From sequence record LR990704: a stretch of 64,000 nt of DNA; one strand, 5' to 3'. Below the pieces are notes generated by a model. It had not been told where the DNA came from. It did no database searches and saw only the letters and a list, made by a program, of their open reading frames with translations. How positions within the stretch are numbered: the stretch's first letter is position 1; each line of letters starts with the position of its first letter. Positions 1-11,726 of the stretch are shown in pieces. A program made the translations under genes and the position numbers. This stretch comes from Escherichia phage vB_Eco_NR1.

Positions 1-1
1 T

Positions 2-1317
<1,316 letters not shown>

Positions 1318-1318
<1 letters not shown>

Positions 1319-1566
1319 TGGAAGGTTTAATTGAAGCTATTAAATCAAACGACCTCGTAGCCGCTCGTAAATTATTTGCTGAAGCCATGGCTGCAAGAAC
1401 GATTGATTTAATTAAAGAAGAAAAAATCGCTATCGCTCGTAATTTCTTAATCGAAGGTGAAGAACCTGATGACGAGGATGATGACGAAGACGAAGATAGT
1501 GATGATAAAGACGACAAAAAAGACAAAGACTCTGATGAAGATGACGAAGACGAGGATGATGAATAA
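1318..1566 (+). CDS. 67: prohead core protein gp67 with D/E-rich acidic tail
   Basis: 82 aa ORF, ATGA overlap with gene 20 stop, C-terminal poly-Asp/Glu tract; position between 20 and 68 as in T4. Confidence 0.85.
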
Positions 1567-1991
1567 TGCTTCTGATCCCTGAAACTCATGAATTAGTTCT
1601 CGAGAATGTCGAAGCACTTATTCCTGAAGCACAGGGTCGCTTTGACGAATTGTCTTCTGCTTTAAATAAAGACGATATAAATACAATTGTCGAGAATATG
1701 CTTGATGATGAAACTGATTTAGCGGTTGCATTAGCTTCTATTAATGAAAATATGCCGCTAAATGAATTTATCGTTAAACATGTTTCCGCCCGTGGTGAAA
1801 TTACACGTACTAAAGACCGCAAGACGCGTGAACGTAATGCATTTCAAACCACTGGGCTGTCTAAAGCAAAACGTAGACAAATTGCTCGTAAAGCTACCAA
1901 AACGAAGATTGCCAATCCAGCAGGTCAATCTCGTGCTCAGCGTAAGCGTAAAAAAGCTCTTAAACGCCGTAAAGCATTAGGATTAAGCTAA
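1566..1991 (+). CDS. 68: prohead core protein gp68
   Basis: 141 aa ORF, basic C-terminus, start overlaps gene 67 stop; synteny. Confidence 0.85.
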
Positions 1992-2629
1992 TGAATGAAC
2001 CCCAATTACTAATTGAAACTTGGGGTCAACCTGGCGAAATTATTGATGGCGTGCCAATGCTTGAATCTCATGATGGAAAAGACCTAGGTTTAAAACCTGG
2101 TTTATACATCGAAGGAATATTCATGCAAGCGGAAGTCGTCAATAGAAATAAACGTCTTTATCCAAAACGTATATTAGAAAAAGCGGTAAAAGACTATATT
2201 AATGAGCAAGTTTTAACTAAACAAGCTCTCGGAGAATTAAATCATCCTCCACGCGCTAATGTTGACCCGATGCAAGCCGCTATCATTATAGAAGATATGT
2301 GGTGGAAAGGAAATGACGTATACGGACGAGCTCGTGTTATTGAAGGTGACCATGGTCCTGGAGATAAATTAGCAGCTAATATTCGTGCCGGATGGATTCC
2401 AGGAGTTTCTTCTCGTGGATTAGGTTCATTGACTGACACAAATAAAGGTTATCGTATCGTAAACGAAGGATTCAAATTAACTGTAGGTGTTGATGCAGTA
2501 TGGGGTCCAAGTGCTCCAGATGCATGGGTAACTCCTAAGGAAATTACCGAATCACAGACGGCGGAAGCCGATACAAGTGCCGATGACGCCTATATGGCTC
2601 TCGCAGAGGCCATGAAAAAAGCGTTATAA
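1991..2629 (+). CDS. 21: prohead core scaffold protein and maturation protease gp21
   Basis: 212 aa ORF in the canonical position, start overlaps gene 68 stop. Confidence 0.92.
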   Translation: MNEPQLLIETWGQPGEIIDGVPMLESHDGKDLGLKPGLYIEGIFMQAEVVNRNKRLYPKRILEKAVKDYINEQVLTKQALGELNHPPRANVDPMQAAIIIEDMWWKGNDVYGRARVIEGDHGPGDKLAANIRAGWIPGVSSRGLGSLTDTNKGYRIVNEGFKLTVGVDAVWGPSAPDAWVTPKEITESQTAEADTSADDAYMALAEAMKKAL

Positions 2630-2632
2630 ATA
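2625..2632 (+). promoter_or_regulatory. late promoter (TATAAATA) for gene 22
   Basis: Exact TATAAATA about 28 nt upstream of the gene 22 ATG. Confidence 0.7.
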
Positions 2633-2659
2633 TTATTATCTAAACAACAGGACTACAAA

Positions 2660-3469
2660 ATGCTTAAAGAACAACTGATTGCCGAAGCGCAGAAAATTGA
2701 TGCTTCCGTTGCTCTTGATAGTATTTTCGAATCAGTTAATATTTCTCCGGAAGCAAAAGAAACTTTCGGCACTGTATTCGAAGCTACCGTCAAGCAGCAC
2801 GCCGTTAAATTAGCTGAATCTCATATCGCTAAAATTGCTGAAAAAGCAGAAGAAGAAGTAGAAAAAAATAAAGAAGAAGCCGAAGAAAAAGCTGAGAAGA
2901 AAATCGCTGAGCAAGCTTCTAAATTCATTGACCATCTTGCAAAAGAATGGCTCGCTGAAAATAAATTAGCAATTGATAAAGGTATTAAAGCCGAACTGTT
3001 TGAATCCATGCTTGGTGGATTAAAAGAGCTCTTTGTTGAACACAACGTTGTTGTTCCAGAAGAATCAGTTGATGTTGTAGCTGAAATGGAAGAAGAGCTG
3101 CAAGAACATAAAGAAGAATCAGCTCGTCTGTTCGAAGAACTCAATAAGCGTGACGCATATATCAATTATGTGCAGCGTGAAGTGGCATTGAGCGAAAGTA
3201 CTAAAGATCTGACTGAGTCTCAAAAAGAAAAAGTCTCTGCTCTGGTCGAAGGTATGGATTATTCAGATGAATTCTCAAGTAAATTGAGTGCCATCGTAGA
3301 AATGGTGAAGAAGTCTAATAAAGATGAAAGCACTATTACTGAGGGTATAAATACTCCTGATACTGAAGCAGCCGGACTGAATTTCGTCACTGAAGCTGTA
3401 GAAGATAAAGCTGCACCTGGTGCAGAAGATATTGTAAGTGTATATGCGAAAGTCGCATCTCGTTTCTAA
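2660..3469 (+). CDS. 22: prohead core scaffold protein gp22
   Basis: 269 aa, highly charged helical E/K-rich protein; TATAAATA late promoter immediately upstream. Confidence 0.92.
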   Translation: MLKEQLIAEAQKIDASVALDSIFESVNISPEAKETFGTVFEATVKQHAVKLAESHIAKIAEKAEEEVEKNKEEAEEKAEKKIAEQASKFIDHLAKEWLAENKLAIDKGIKAELFESMLGGLKELFVEHNVVVPEESVDVVAEMEEELQEHKEESARLFEELNKRDAYINYVQREVALSESTKDLTESQKEKVSALVEGMDYSDEFSSKLSAIVEMVKKSNKDESTITEGINTPDTEAAGLNFVTEAVEDKAAPGAEDIVSVYAKVASRF

Positions 3470-3487
3470 TTTTAAAGGTTAACACAA

Positions 3488-5053
3488 ATGACTATCAAAA
3501 CTAAAGCTGAACTTTTGAACAAATGGAAACCATTACTGGAAGGTGAAGGTTTACCGGAAATTGCTAATAGCAAACAAGCGATTATCGCTAAAATCTTTGA
3601 AAACCAGGAAAAAGATTTCCATACAGCTCCAGAGTACAAAGACGAAAAAATCGCTCAGGCGTTTGGTTCTTTCTTAACAGAAGCTGAAATCGGTGGTGAC
3701 CACGGTTACAACGCTACTAACATCGCTGCTGGTCAGACTTCTGGCGCAGTAACTCAGATTGGCCCAGCTGTTATGGGTATGGTACGTCGTGCTATTCCTA
3801 ACCTGATTGCTTTCGATATTTGCGGTGTTCAGCCGATGAACAGCCCGACTGGTCAGGTATTCGCACTGCGCGCTGTATACGGTAAAGACCCAATCGCTGC
3901 CGATGCTAAAGAAGCATTCCACCCAATGTATGGCCCAGATGCAATGTTCTCTGGTCAGGGTGCTGCTAAGAAATTCCCAGCTCTGGCTGCTAGCACACAA
4001 ACCACAGTAGGTGATATCTATACTCACTTCTTCCAGGACACTGGTACTGTGTATCTGCAGGCTTCTGCTCAAGTAACAATTGATGCTGGTGCGACTGATG
4101 CTGCTAAATTAGATGCTGAAATTAAGAAACAAATGGAAGCAGGTGTACTGGTAGAAATCGCTGAAGGTATGGCTACTTCTATCGCTGAACTTCAGGAAGG
4201 TTTTAACGGTTCTACCGATAACCCATGGAATGAAATGGGCTTCCGTATCGATAAACAAGTTATCGAAGCTAAATCTCGTCAGCTGAAAGCTGCTTACTCT
4301 ATTGAATTAGCACAAGACCTTCGCGCTGTTCACGGTATGGATGCTGATGCTGAACTGTCCGGTATTCTGGCTACCGAAATTATGCTGGAAATCAACCGCG
4401 AAGTTGTTGATTGGATTAACTACTCCGCTCAGGTTGGTAAATCTGGTATGACCCTGACTCCGGGTTCTAAAGCTGGTGTATTTGACTTCCAGGACCCAAT
4501 CGATATTCGTGGTGCTCGCTGGGCGGGTGAATCCTTTAAAGCTCTGTTGTTCCAGATTGACAAAGAAGCAGTTGAAATTGCTCGTCAGACCGGTCGTGGT
4601 GAAGGTAACTTCATTATCGCTTCCCGTAACGTAGTTAACGTTCTGGCTTCAGTTGATACTGGCATTTCTTATGCTGCACAGGGTCTGGCTACCGGCTTTA
4701 ACACTGATACTACCAAGTCAGTATTTGCTGGTGTTCTGGGTGGTAAATACCGTGTATATATCGACCAGTATGCTAAACAGGATTATTTCACTGTAGGTTA
4801 TAAAGGTCCGAACGAAATGGATGCTGGTATTTACTATGCTCCATATGTAGCTCTGACTCCGCTGCGTGGTTCCGATCCGAAGAACTTCCAACCAGTAATG
4901 GGATTCAAAACTCGTTACGGTATCGGTATCAACCCATTTGCAGAATCCGCTGCTCAGGCTCCGGCTTCTCGCATCCAGAGCGGTATGCCTTCTATTCTGA
5001 ATAGCCTTGGTAAAAACGCTTACTTCCGCCGTGTATATGTTAAAGGTATCTAA
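3488..5053 (+). CDS. 23: major capsid protein gp23
   Basis: 521 aa; N-terminus MTIKTKAELLNKWKPLLEGEG.. recognised as T4 gp23; strong SD; stem-loop terminator downstream. Confidence 0.97.
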   Translation: MTIKTKAELLNKWKPLLEGEGLPEIANSKQAIIAKIFENQEKDFHTAPEYKDEKIAQAFGSFLTEAEIGGDHGYNATNIAAGQTSGAVTQIGPAVMGMVRRAIPNLIAFDICGVQPMNSPTGQVFALRAVYGKDPIAADAKEAFHPMYGPDAMFSGQGAAKKFPALAASTQTTVGDIYTHFFQDTGTVYLQASAQVTIDAGATDAAKLDAEIKKQMEAGVLVEIAEGMATSIAELQEGFNGSTDNPWNEMGFRIDKQVIEAKSRQLKAAYSIELAQDLRAVHGMDADAELSGILATEIMLEINREVVDWINYSAQVGKSGMTLTPGSKAGVFDFQDPIDIRGARWAGESFKALLFQIDKEAVEIARQTGRGEGNFIIASRNVVNVLASVDTGISYAAQGLATGFNTDTTKSVFAGVLGGKYRVYIDQYAKQDYFTVGYKGPNEMDAGIYYAPYVALTPLRGSDPKNFQPVMGFKTRYGIGINPFAESAAQAPASRIQSGMPSILNSLGKNAYFRRVYVKGI

Positions 5054-5066
5054 TCTTTGACGATTT

Positions 5067-5097
5067 AAGGGACCTTCGGGTCCCTTTAGTTGTTTTT
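5067..5097 (+). terminator. intrinsic terminator after gene 23
   Basis: AAGGGACC-TTCG-GGTCCCTT stem-loop followed by a T-rich tract. Confidence 0.8.
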
Positions 5098-5101
5098 ATG
5101 G

Positions 5102-5109
5102 TATAAATA
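5102..5109 (+). promoter_or_regulatory. late promoter (TATAAATA) for gene 24
   Basis: Exact TATAAATA 28 nt upstream of the gene 24 ATG, just after the gene 23 terminator. Confidence 0.75.
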
Positions 5110-5136
5110 AATCATATAAACCAAAAGGAAAGCGCA

Positions 5137-6420
5137 ATGGCTAAAATCAACGAACTTCTGCGCGAATCAACCACAACGAATAGCAACTCAATCGGTCGCC
5201 CAAATCTCGTTGCTTTGACTCGCGCTACCACTAAATTAATATATTCTGACATTGTAGCAACGCAAAGAACTAATCAACCTGTTGCTGCTTTTTATGGTAT
5301 CAAATACCTTAACCCAGACAATGAATTTACATTTAAAACTGGTGCTACTTATGCTGGCGAAGCTGGATATGTAGACCGAGAACAAATCACAGAATTAACA
5401 GAAGAGTCTAAATTAACTCTCAATAAAGGCGATTTATTCAAATATAATAATATTGTTTATAAAGTATTAGAAGATACACCATTTGCTGATATTGAAGAAA
5501 GCGATTTAGAATTAGCTCTTCAGATTGCAATTGTTCTTTTAAAGGTTCGTTTATTTTCTGATGCTGCAGTAACAAGCAAATTTGAAAGCTCTGATAGTGA
5601 AATTGCGGATGCTAGATTCCAGATTAATAAATGGCAAACTGCAGTTAAATCTCGTAAACTTAAAACTGGCATTACGGTTGAATTAGCACAAGATTTAGAA
5701 GCAAATGGATTCGATGCTCCTAATTTCTTGGAAGATTTGCTTGCAACTGAAATGGCAGATGAAATCAATAAAGATATTCTGCAATCTTTGATTACAGTAT
5801 CAAAACGCTATAAAGTTACAGGAATTACTGATACTGGATTCATTGATTTGAGTTATGCATCTGCACCTGAAGCTGGTCGTTCATTATACCGAATGGTATG
5901 TGAAATGGTTTCGCATATCCAAAAAGAATCAACTTATACTGCAACGTTCTGTGTTGCTTCAGCTCGTGCCGCTGCGATTCTTGCTGCATCAGGTTGGTTA
6001 AAACATAAACCAGAAGATGACAAATATCTTTCACAAAATGCCTATGGGTTCTTAGCTAATGGTTTACCGCTTTATTGCGATACTAACAGCCCATTAGATT
6101 ATGTAATCGTTGGCGTAGTAGAAAATATTGGCGAAAAAGAAATTGTTGGATCAATTTTCTATGCTCCATATACAGAAGGTCTTGACTTAGATGACCCTGA
6201 ACATGTAGGTGCATTTAAAGTTGTAGTTGATCCAGAAAGTTTGCAGCCATCTATCGGTTTATTAGTTAGATATGCTTTATCAGCAAATCCTTATACCGTA
6301 GCAAAAGATGAAAAAGAAGCAAGAATAATTGACGGTGGAGACATGGATAAAATGGCGGGTCGTTCAGATTTGTCTGTTTTATTAGGTGTTAAGCTACCAA
6401 AAATTATCGTTGATGAATAA
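5137..6420 (+). CDS. 24: capsid vertex protein gp24
   Basis: 427 aa gp23 paralogue in canonical position; late promoter upstream; terminator downstream. Confidence 0.95.
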   Translation: MAKINELLRESTTTNSNSIGRPNLVALTRATTKLIYSDIVATQRTNQPVAAFYGIKYLNPDNEFTFKTGATYAGEAGYVDREQITELTEESKLTLNKGDLFKYNNIVYKVLEDTPFADIEESDLELALQIAIVLLKVRLFSDAAVTSKFESSDSEIADARFQINKWQTAVKSRKLKTGITVELAQDLEANGFDAPNFLEDLLATEMADEINKDILQSLITVSKRYKVTGITDTGFIDLSYASAPEAGRSLYRMVCEMVSHIQKESTYTATFCVASARAAAILAASGWLKHKPEDDKYLSQNAYGFLANGLPLYCDTNSPLDYVIVGVVENIGEKEIVGSIFYAPYTEGLDLDDPEHVGAFKVVVDPESLQPSIGLLVRYALSANPYTVAKDEKEARIIDGGDMDKMAGRSDLSVLLGVKLPKIIVDE

Positions 6421-6426
6421 AACAAA

Positions 6427-6451
6427 GGGACCTTTCGGTCCCTTTTTATTT
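6427..6451 (+). terminator. intrinsic terminator after gene 24
   Basis: GGGACC-TTTC-GGTCCC stem-loop followed by TTTTTATTT. Confidence 0.8.
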
Positions 6452-7454
6452 AACTTACCAATTCAATCCAAGCCGGACGAAGTACATCTTGTACCATTTT
6501 AACTAATTCCTTTTTAATCAAAGAAGGATTATCCGCTTGAGTTAGAGTAATACCTTCACGAGAAGTTTCTTCCAAAATATCTTGAACAGTTAGTCCCATC
6601 ACCTTTCCAAAATCTTTTGGACCAATTTCGCCAATTTTAGAAATAACGTTATTTACTCGGTTTAGTGTAACGTAACAAGCTAAAATCCCCACCAATTTGT
6701 TATCAGCTTCTGACAGTTCAACTTTAGCTTTAATAGGCTTATCAGACTTTTTCTTTTCACTAAATTTAGAATTCTTGCATTTGATGGCTACACGATTGCG
6801 ATTAGGCAGCCAAGAAGGATAACAAGGTTTCAATACATATCCTTCAGCGGTAAATACTTCGCCTTTTGCTTCGGCATTCCAAACGCATTTATTTGCATCA
6901 ACTAATCCAGCATGGTCTACTGTAAAATTATAATCTTGGACGACAGAATCTAAATCATTTGGCAATTTAATAAGTTCTTCAAATTTACCGCGACCTAAAA
7001 GTGGAGCCATTTTAAATTTAAACGTATTACAGAATGATTCCATCATATAATCATCGACATAAGTCACATCACCACTTTCTGTAGTAACAATAATGTCAAA
7101 TACATAAAAATCTTTATCGCCATAATCAACATTCTTCTGAATGCCAGGTCCAGCGAATTCGCCAAAGACTTGATAAGATACAACCGCTGAGGTTTCCATA
7201 ATATCTTGTACTGCTTTAATGGAATCAGCGTAATTCTTCAAAATAATTTCATACCCAAAGAAATCTTCAGCAGGAAGAATCGGTCCAGTACGTTTAGCAC
7301 AAGTTACTTTATCACGCTCAATAATCAATGAAAAGTTTGTACCATGAATCTTTTCACGAGCTACCCATTCGCCGCCAGTCAATCCTAAACTGTAAAGTTT
7401 TTCAATAAATTTAGAGTTGTAATGATTTTCAAGACTGCTATACTTTTTAAACAT
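6450..7454 (-). CDS. rnlB: RNA ligase 2
   Basis: 334 aa; nucleotidyltransferase lysine motif (..EKIHGTNFS..) and length match T4 Rnl2. Confidence 0.9.
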   Translation of the reverse strand: MFKKYSSLENHYNSKFIEKLYSLGLTGGEWVAREKIHGTNFSLIIERDKVTCAKRTGPILPAEDFFGYEIILKNYADSIKAVQDIMETSAVVSYQVFGEFAGPGIQKNVDYGDKDFYVFDIIVTTESGDVTYVDDYMMESFCNTFKFKMAPLLGRGKFEELIKLPNDLDSVVQDYNFTVDHAGLVDANKCVWNAEAKGEVFTAEGYVLKPCYPSWLPNRNRVAIKCKNSKFSEKKKSDKPIKAKVELSEADNKLVGILACYVTLNRVNNVISKIGEIGPKDFGKVMGLTVQDILEETSREGITLTQADNPSLIKKELVKMVQDVLRPAWIELVS

Positions 7455-7463
7455 AATTAATCC

Positions 7464-7742
7464 TCAAAATGTAATTTCTAACCAATCACCATCACGCTGA
7501 TCACTATTGACTTTAAAGCTAAATCCTTCTTTTCTCAGCCAATCACCAATTTCTTCAGTAATCAATTTATCGCGAGCAGTACAATAATAACTAAAATATG
7601 TTTTACCTTGTTCAGCTGCTTTATTAGCAAGTTCCGAAAAATCTTTAATAAAACACTCTAGTTTAAACTGTTTACTTTTAAGTGCTTTTTCGCGTAATTG
7701 ATTAGCAAAAGATTCATTTTCATAAAGATCATACTGTTCCAT
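7464..7742 (-). CDS. 24.2: hypothetical protein (T4 24.2 position)
   Basis: 92 aa ORF between rnlB and hoc on the minus strand. Confidence 0.7.
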   Translation of the reverse strand: MEQYDLYENESFANQLREKALKSKQFKLECFIKDFSELANKAAEQGKTYFSYYCTARDKLITEEIGDWLRKEGFSFKVNSDQRDGDWLEITF

Positions 7743-7944
7743 TTTTCACCTTTTTATTAATATGTCTTTTTCTATAGACAACTTTTTCTCGAGTCTCAAA
7801 TTTATTTTTAGCAGTCATAGCTCGAGCCCATAATACAGCCACTTCTTTTGCCTGTAAGTTCAATTCACGAGCAATTTCAATGAATGACTTTCCAGACTCA
7901 TGAAGAGTAAACACCACAACCTCAGTTCTCATAATCAATCTCAT
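7729..7944 (-). CDS. 24.3: hypothetical small protein, possible helix-turn-helix (T4 24.3 position)
   Basis: 71 aa ORF overlapping the 24.2 start. Confidence 0.65.
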   Translation of the reverse strand: MRLIMRTEVVVFTLHESGKSFIEIARELNLQAKEVAVLWARAMTAKNKFETREKVVYRKRHINKKVKNGTV

Positions 7945-8002
7945 GTTATCGAGTTGGTGCCATTATATACATCATTTTCTGATTGTGTTTTGTGTGCTTT
8001 CA

Positions 8003-8027
8003 AAATGAAGAAAGGGGCCGAAGCCCC
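8003..8027 (-). terminator. intrinsic terminator after hoc
   Basis: GGGGC-UUCG-GCCCC stem-loop followed by a U-rich tract on the minus strand. Confidence 0.7.
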
Positions 8028-8032
8028 TAAGA

Positions 8033-9163
8033 TTATGGATAGGTATAGATGATACCAGTTTCTAAAGCAGTTTTATGAATGATGTATCCATTGCGCGATT
8101 CTTGAACATCAACTTCTGGGTAGTCTTTCATCATCTTCTGAAGAGTGTAACGATGCAAGTAGTACTTACTATCTGGGTCGTCAGTTTTCCAATCTTTACC
8201 TTCTTCAGTCATTTTTTGGATTTCATCCATAACCCACCAACCGCACCAGATATAAGCTGAAGTACGATGTGGAAGAGGATGAACATAAGGTAATTCACCT
8301 TCTGGTTCCGGAGCAACTTTATCAGTCACTTGAACTTGGCCTTCTGCTGTAATAGTTTTGCTATCATAATCAGCGGCGGTAACAGTTGCAGTAACTTCAA
8401 TGGTTTGACTTCCAATAGATGATGTATCAACGGTGTATACATTAGTTGACCCTTCTACAGGAGAAGAATCTTTCTTCCATGAATATTCGATTTGTGCTTC
8501 TTCTGGAGCATCCGTAACATTAGCCGTAAATGTAGCCGAAGCATCTTGCTGGACGTTAATAGAAGGAGGAGTCAATGTAACCTGTGGATTCATTGTTTTC
8601 TTATTAACTGTCAATGACACTTCATTAGAAGTAACTTCCTTTGCATCATAATCTGTCGCTGTTACTTGGGCTACGCATTTAATTCTTTTTACTCCACTTG
8701 TAGTTGGAGTATAGCTAAATGTAGCGGAAGTTGCTTCACTAACAGGAGAATCATCTACATACCACTGATACGTAGCAGATACACTTGGTGGCTGTGAATC
8801 TAAAGCAGCGGTAAATTCAACAGCTGTTCCGATTACTCCAGCATCAGGGCTACCAGGAGTTACTGCCAAGGTAGTTGTTTGTGTCTTATTTTGAACTGTG
8901 ATAGTTGTACTAATTTCAGCTGTTTCGGGACTACTATCGGCAACTTGATTGGTTGCAACTACTTTAATAGTTTTTTGACCGGCAGGTCCTTTTAGTACAT
9001 AACTAAAAGTTGCTGACGTTTCTTCCTGTGGTGCATCATCAACAGTCCAAGCATATGTAATAGGTCCATCTCCAGTTTGACCACTGGGTGTAGCAGTAAA
9101 CTGCTGAGTCTGATCTATAACTCCAGTAGGTGTTTTAGGAGTTATATCAACTGTAAAAGCCAT
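8033..9163 (-). CDS. hoc: highly immunogenic outer capsid protein Hoc
   Basis: 376 aa; three tandem Ig-like segments (..ATFSY..TATDYD..) and conserved C-terminal capsid-binding region. Confidence 0.93.
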   Translation of the reverse strand: MAFTVDITPKTPTGVIDQTQQFTATPSGQTGDGPITYAWTVDDAPQEETSATFSYVLKGPAGQKTIKVVATNQVADSSPETAEISTTITVQNKTQTTTLAVTPGSPDAGVIGTAVEFTAALDSQPPSVSATYQWYVDDSPVSEATSATFSYTPTTSGVKRIKCVAQVTATDYDAKEVTSNEVSLTVNKKTMNPQVTLTPPSINVQQDASATFTANVTDAPEEAQIEYSWKKDSSPVEGSTNVYTVDTSSIGSQTIEVTATVTAADYDSKTITAEGQVQVTDKVAPEPEGELPYVHPLPHRTSAYIWCGWWVMDEIQKMTEEGKDWKTDDPDSKYYLHRYTLQKMMKDYPEVDVQESRNGYIIHKTALETGIIYTYP

Positions 9164-9172
9164 AAGTTATCC

Positions 9173-9853
9173 TTATTTTAATGTTACGAAAGAAGAATTG
9201 CGTGTTTCACGAATTAAAACTGATCCGTCACGGTTAATGTAATAAATTAAGCTAAATAAAGTTTGGTGTGCTGACGCGTGTTCAAAACTAGTTGGGTGAG
9301 ATTTCCAATCAGGAGTTTCAGCAATCCATTGATAAATCCACCAAGGAACAGTGCAGAATCCTGGATTTTTTCCAATCAGCTGAAGATTTGGGCTAAAGTT
9401 TTCTGGAAGAGTAAATACAGACGGCTTTTCAGATTCAATAATCTCAGCTACAGCCTGTTCGAATTTTTCTTCAACAAAAGGAGTATCTTCAATCAAAACA
9501 TCGGTATTTTCAGGAATTTTATCCGTTTCTACTACTTCAATTTTAATGTCAGATTTAACCGGAGAATCAATCAGAAGTGCTGCCTCTGGATTGACTTCTT
9601 CATCGTCATATTTTAATCCGTCTGCAGCATCAGCAGCATCAATTAAGTCTTTAATAGATAACCCATCAGTCTCTGGCATAGGTTCACTAGCGAGCTTCTG
9701 GAGGGCTTCTTCAATATCATTAACGATATTATCAAAAGATTTATTCTTTTTGACCTTTATACCAAACTGTTCAGCATATTCAGCTAATTTAGCTTTAGCT
9801 TCTTTATTATCATCAAGAGCCTTCAGCTCTGCAATATAATCTTTATCTATCAT
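9173..9853 (-). CDS. inh: inhibitor of prohead protease Inh
   Basis: 226 aa acidic protein in the hoc-inh-uvsW arrangement. Confidence 0.85.
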   Translation of the reverse strand: MIDKDYIAELKALDDNKEAKAKLAEYAEQFGIKVKKNKSFDNIVNDIEEALQKLASEPMPETDGLSIKDLIDAADAADGLKYDDEEVNPEAALLIDSPVKSDIKIEVVETDKIPENTDVLIEDTPFVEEKFEQAVAEIIESEKPSVFTLPENFSPNLQLIGKNPGFCTVPWWIYQWIAETPDWKSHPTSFEHASAHQTLFSLIYYINRDGSVLIRETRNSSFVTLK

Positions 9854-9866
9854 AATATTTCCTCAG

Positions 9867-9874
9867 TATAAATA
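9867..9874 (+). promoter_or_regulatory. late promoter (TATAAATA) for uvsW
   Basis: Exact TATAAATA 30 nt upstream of the uvsW ATG. Confidence 0.7.
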
Positions 9875-9903
9875 TAGATATATTTATTACATGGTATTTA
9901 GAC

Positions 9904-11415
9904 ATGACTGACATTAAAGTACATTTTTATGATTTTAGTCACGTGAGAATTGATTGTGAAGAAAGTACATTTCATGAACTCCGTGATTTCTTTAGCTTTG
10001 AAGCTGATGGGTATCGTTTTAATCCGAAATACAAATATGGCCACTGGGATGGACGAATCCGTCTTTTAGATTATAATCGTCTTCTTCCATTCGGCTTAGT
10101 CGGGCAAATTAAAAAGTTCTGTGATAACTTTGGCTATAAAGCCTGGATTGACCCACAGATTAACGAAAAAGAAGAATTATCAAGAAAAGATTTTGATGAA
10201 TGGCTTTCTAAATTAGAAATCTATTCAGGAAATAAAAGAATTGAACCGCACTGGTATCAAAAAGATGCAGTGTTCGAAGGATTAGTTAATCGTCGTAGAA
10301 TTCTTAATCTTCCAACATCTGCAGGTAAATCTTTAATTCAAGCTTTGCTTGCGCGATATTATTTGGAAAATTATGAAGGTAAAATTCTTATCATTGTTCC
10401 AACAACTGCCTTAACAACTCAGATGGCTGATGACTTCGTTGACTATCGTTTATTCAGTCATGCAATGATAAAGAAAATTGGTGGCGGAGCATCAAAAGAT
10501 GATAAATATAAAAATGATGCACCAGTCGTTGTTGGTACATGGCAAACTGTAGTAAAACAACCGAAAGAATGGTTCTCACAGTTTGGAATGATGATGAATG
10601 ATGAATGTCATCTTGCTACAGGAAAAAGTATTTCATCCATCATATCAGGTTTAAATAACTGCATGTTCAAATTTGGTCTATCAGGTTCATTACGTGATGG
10701 CAAAGCCAATATCATGCAGTATGTTGGGATGTTTGGTGAAATATTTAAACCAGTAACGACTTCTAAATTAATGGAAGATGGACAAGTAACTGAGCTAAAA
10801 ATTAATAGTATTTTTCTTCGCTATCCCGATGAGTTCACTACTAAATTAAAGGGAAAAACTTATCAAGAAGAAATAAAAATTATTACTGGGCTTAGTAAAA
10901 GAAATAAATGGATCGCTAAATTAGCTATTAAGCTTGCACAAAAAGATGAAAACGCTTTTGTCATGTTTAAACATGTATCACATGGTAAAGCTATTTTCGA
11001 TTTAATTAAAAATGAATACGATAAAGTTTATTACGTATCAGGGGAAGTTGATACCGAAACGCGCAATATAATGAAAACCTTAGCTGAAAATGGTAAAGGA
11101 ATAATTATAGTAGCGAGTTATGGTGTATTTTCTACTGGTATTTCAGTTAAAAATCTGCATCACGTTGTTTTAGCGCACGGTGTTAAATCAAAAATCATTG
11201 TATTACAAACAATCGGTCGTGTATTACGTAAGCATGGTTCTAAGACAATAGCAACAGTCTGGGACCTCATAGATGATTGTGGTGTTAAGCCAAAATCTGC
11301 TAATACGAAAAAGAAATATGTTCATTTGAACTATCTTTTAAAACACGGCATTGATCGTATTCAGCGCTACGCAGATGAAAAATTTAATTACGTAATGAAA
11401 ACAGTTAATTTATAA
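9904..11415 (+). CDS. uvsW: UvsW DNA/RNA helicase
   Basis: 503 aa; Walker A (..LNLPTSAGKS..) and DEAH-like (..MMMNDECHLA..) motifs; late promoter upstream. Confidence 0.93.
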   Translation: MTDIKVHFYDFSHVRIDCEESTFHELRDFFSFEADGYRFNPKYKYGHWDGRIRLLDYNRLLPFGLVGQIKKFCDNFGYKAWIDPQINEKEELSRKDFDEWLSKLEIYSGNKRIEPHWYQKDAVFEGLVNRRRILNLPTSAGKSLIQALLARYYLENYEGKILIIVPTTALTTQMADDFVDYRLFSHAMIKKIGGGASKDDKYKNDAPVVVGTWQTVVKQPKEWFSQFGMMMNDECHLATGKSISSIISGLNNCMFKFGLSGSLRDGKANIMQYVGMFGEIFKPVTTSKLMEDGQVTELKINSIFLRYPDEFTTKLKGKTYQEEIKIITGLSKRNKWIAKLAIKLAQKDENAFVMFKHVSHGKAIFDLIKNEYDKVYYVSGEVDTETRNIMKTLAENGKGIIIVASYGVFSTGISVKNLHHVVLAHGVKSKIIVLQTIGRVLRKHGSKTIATVWDLIDDCGVKPKSANTKKKYVHLNYLLKHGIDRIQRYADEKFNYVMKTVNL

Positions 11416-11430
11416 GGGCTTCGGCCCTTT
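11415..11430 (+). terminator. GC stem-loop between uvsW and uvsW.1 (weak terminator or RNA structure)
   Basis: AGGGC-TTCG-GCCCT followed only by TTT. Confidence 0.45.
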
Positions 11431-11440
11431 GGAGAAAAAG

Positions 11441-11671
11441 ATGTTACTAGAATTTAAACAATTTCTTTATGAAGCTTCTATTGATGAATTTATGGGTAAA
11501 ATTGCCTCTTGTCAAACATTAGAAGGTTTAGAAGAACTTGAAGCTTATTATAAGAAAAGAGTTAAAGAAACTGAATTAAAAGATACTGATGACATCTCTG
11601 TGAGAGATGCTTTGGCAGGAAAAAGAGCTGAATTAGAAGATTCAGACGATGAAGTAGAAGAAAGCTTTTAA
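11441..11671 (+). CDS. uvsW.1: UvsW.1 small acidic protein
   Basis: 76 aa from the ATG at 11441 (the provided ORF starts at an upstream TTG); separate frame from uvsW, after its stop and a GC hairpin. Confidence 0.75.
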   Translation: MLLEFKQFLYEASIDEFMGKIASCQTLEGLEELEAYYKKRVKETELKDTDDISVRDALAGKRAELEDSDDEVEESF

Positions 11672-11680
11672 ATTAAAAAA

Positions 11681-11710
11681 GGCCCAACCGAAAAGGAAGG
11701 GCCAAAACTA
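11681..11710. terminator. stem-loop between uvsW.1 and the uvsY.-2-like ORF, probably bidirectional
   Basis: GGCCC .. GGGCC stem with A-run on one side and T-run on the other. Confidence 0.5.
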
Positions 11711-11726
11711 TAGACTAAAGGTCACA

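Noticed and set aside
2821-4072. Minus-strand ORFs of 114 and 132 aa inside genes 22 and 23
   Set aside because: Antisense to highly expressed, well-recognised head genes; composition-driven open frames without promoter or SD.
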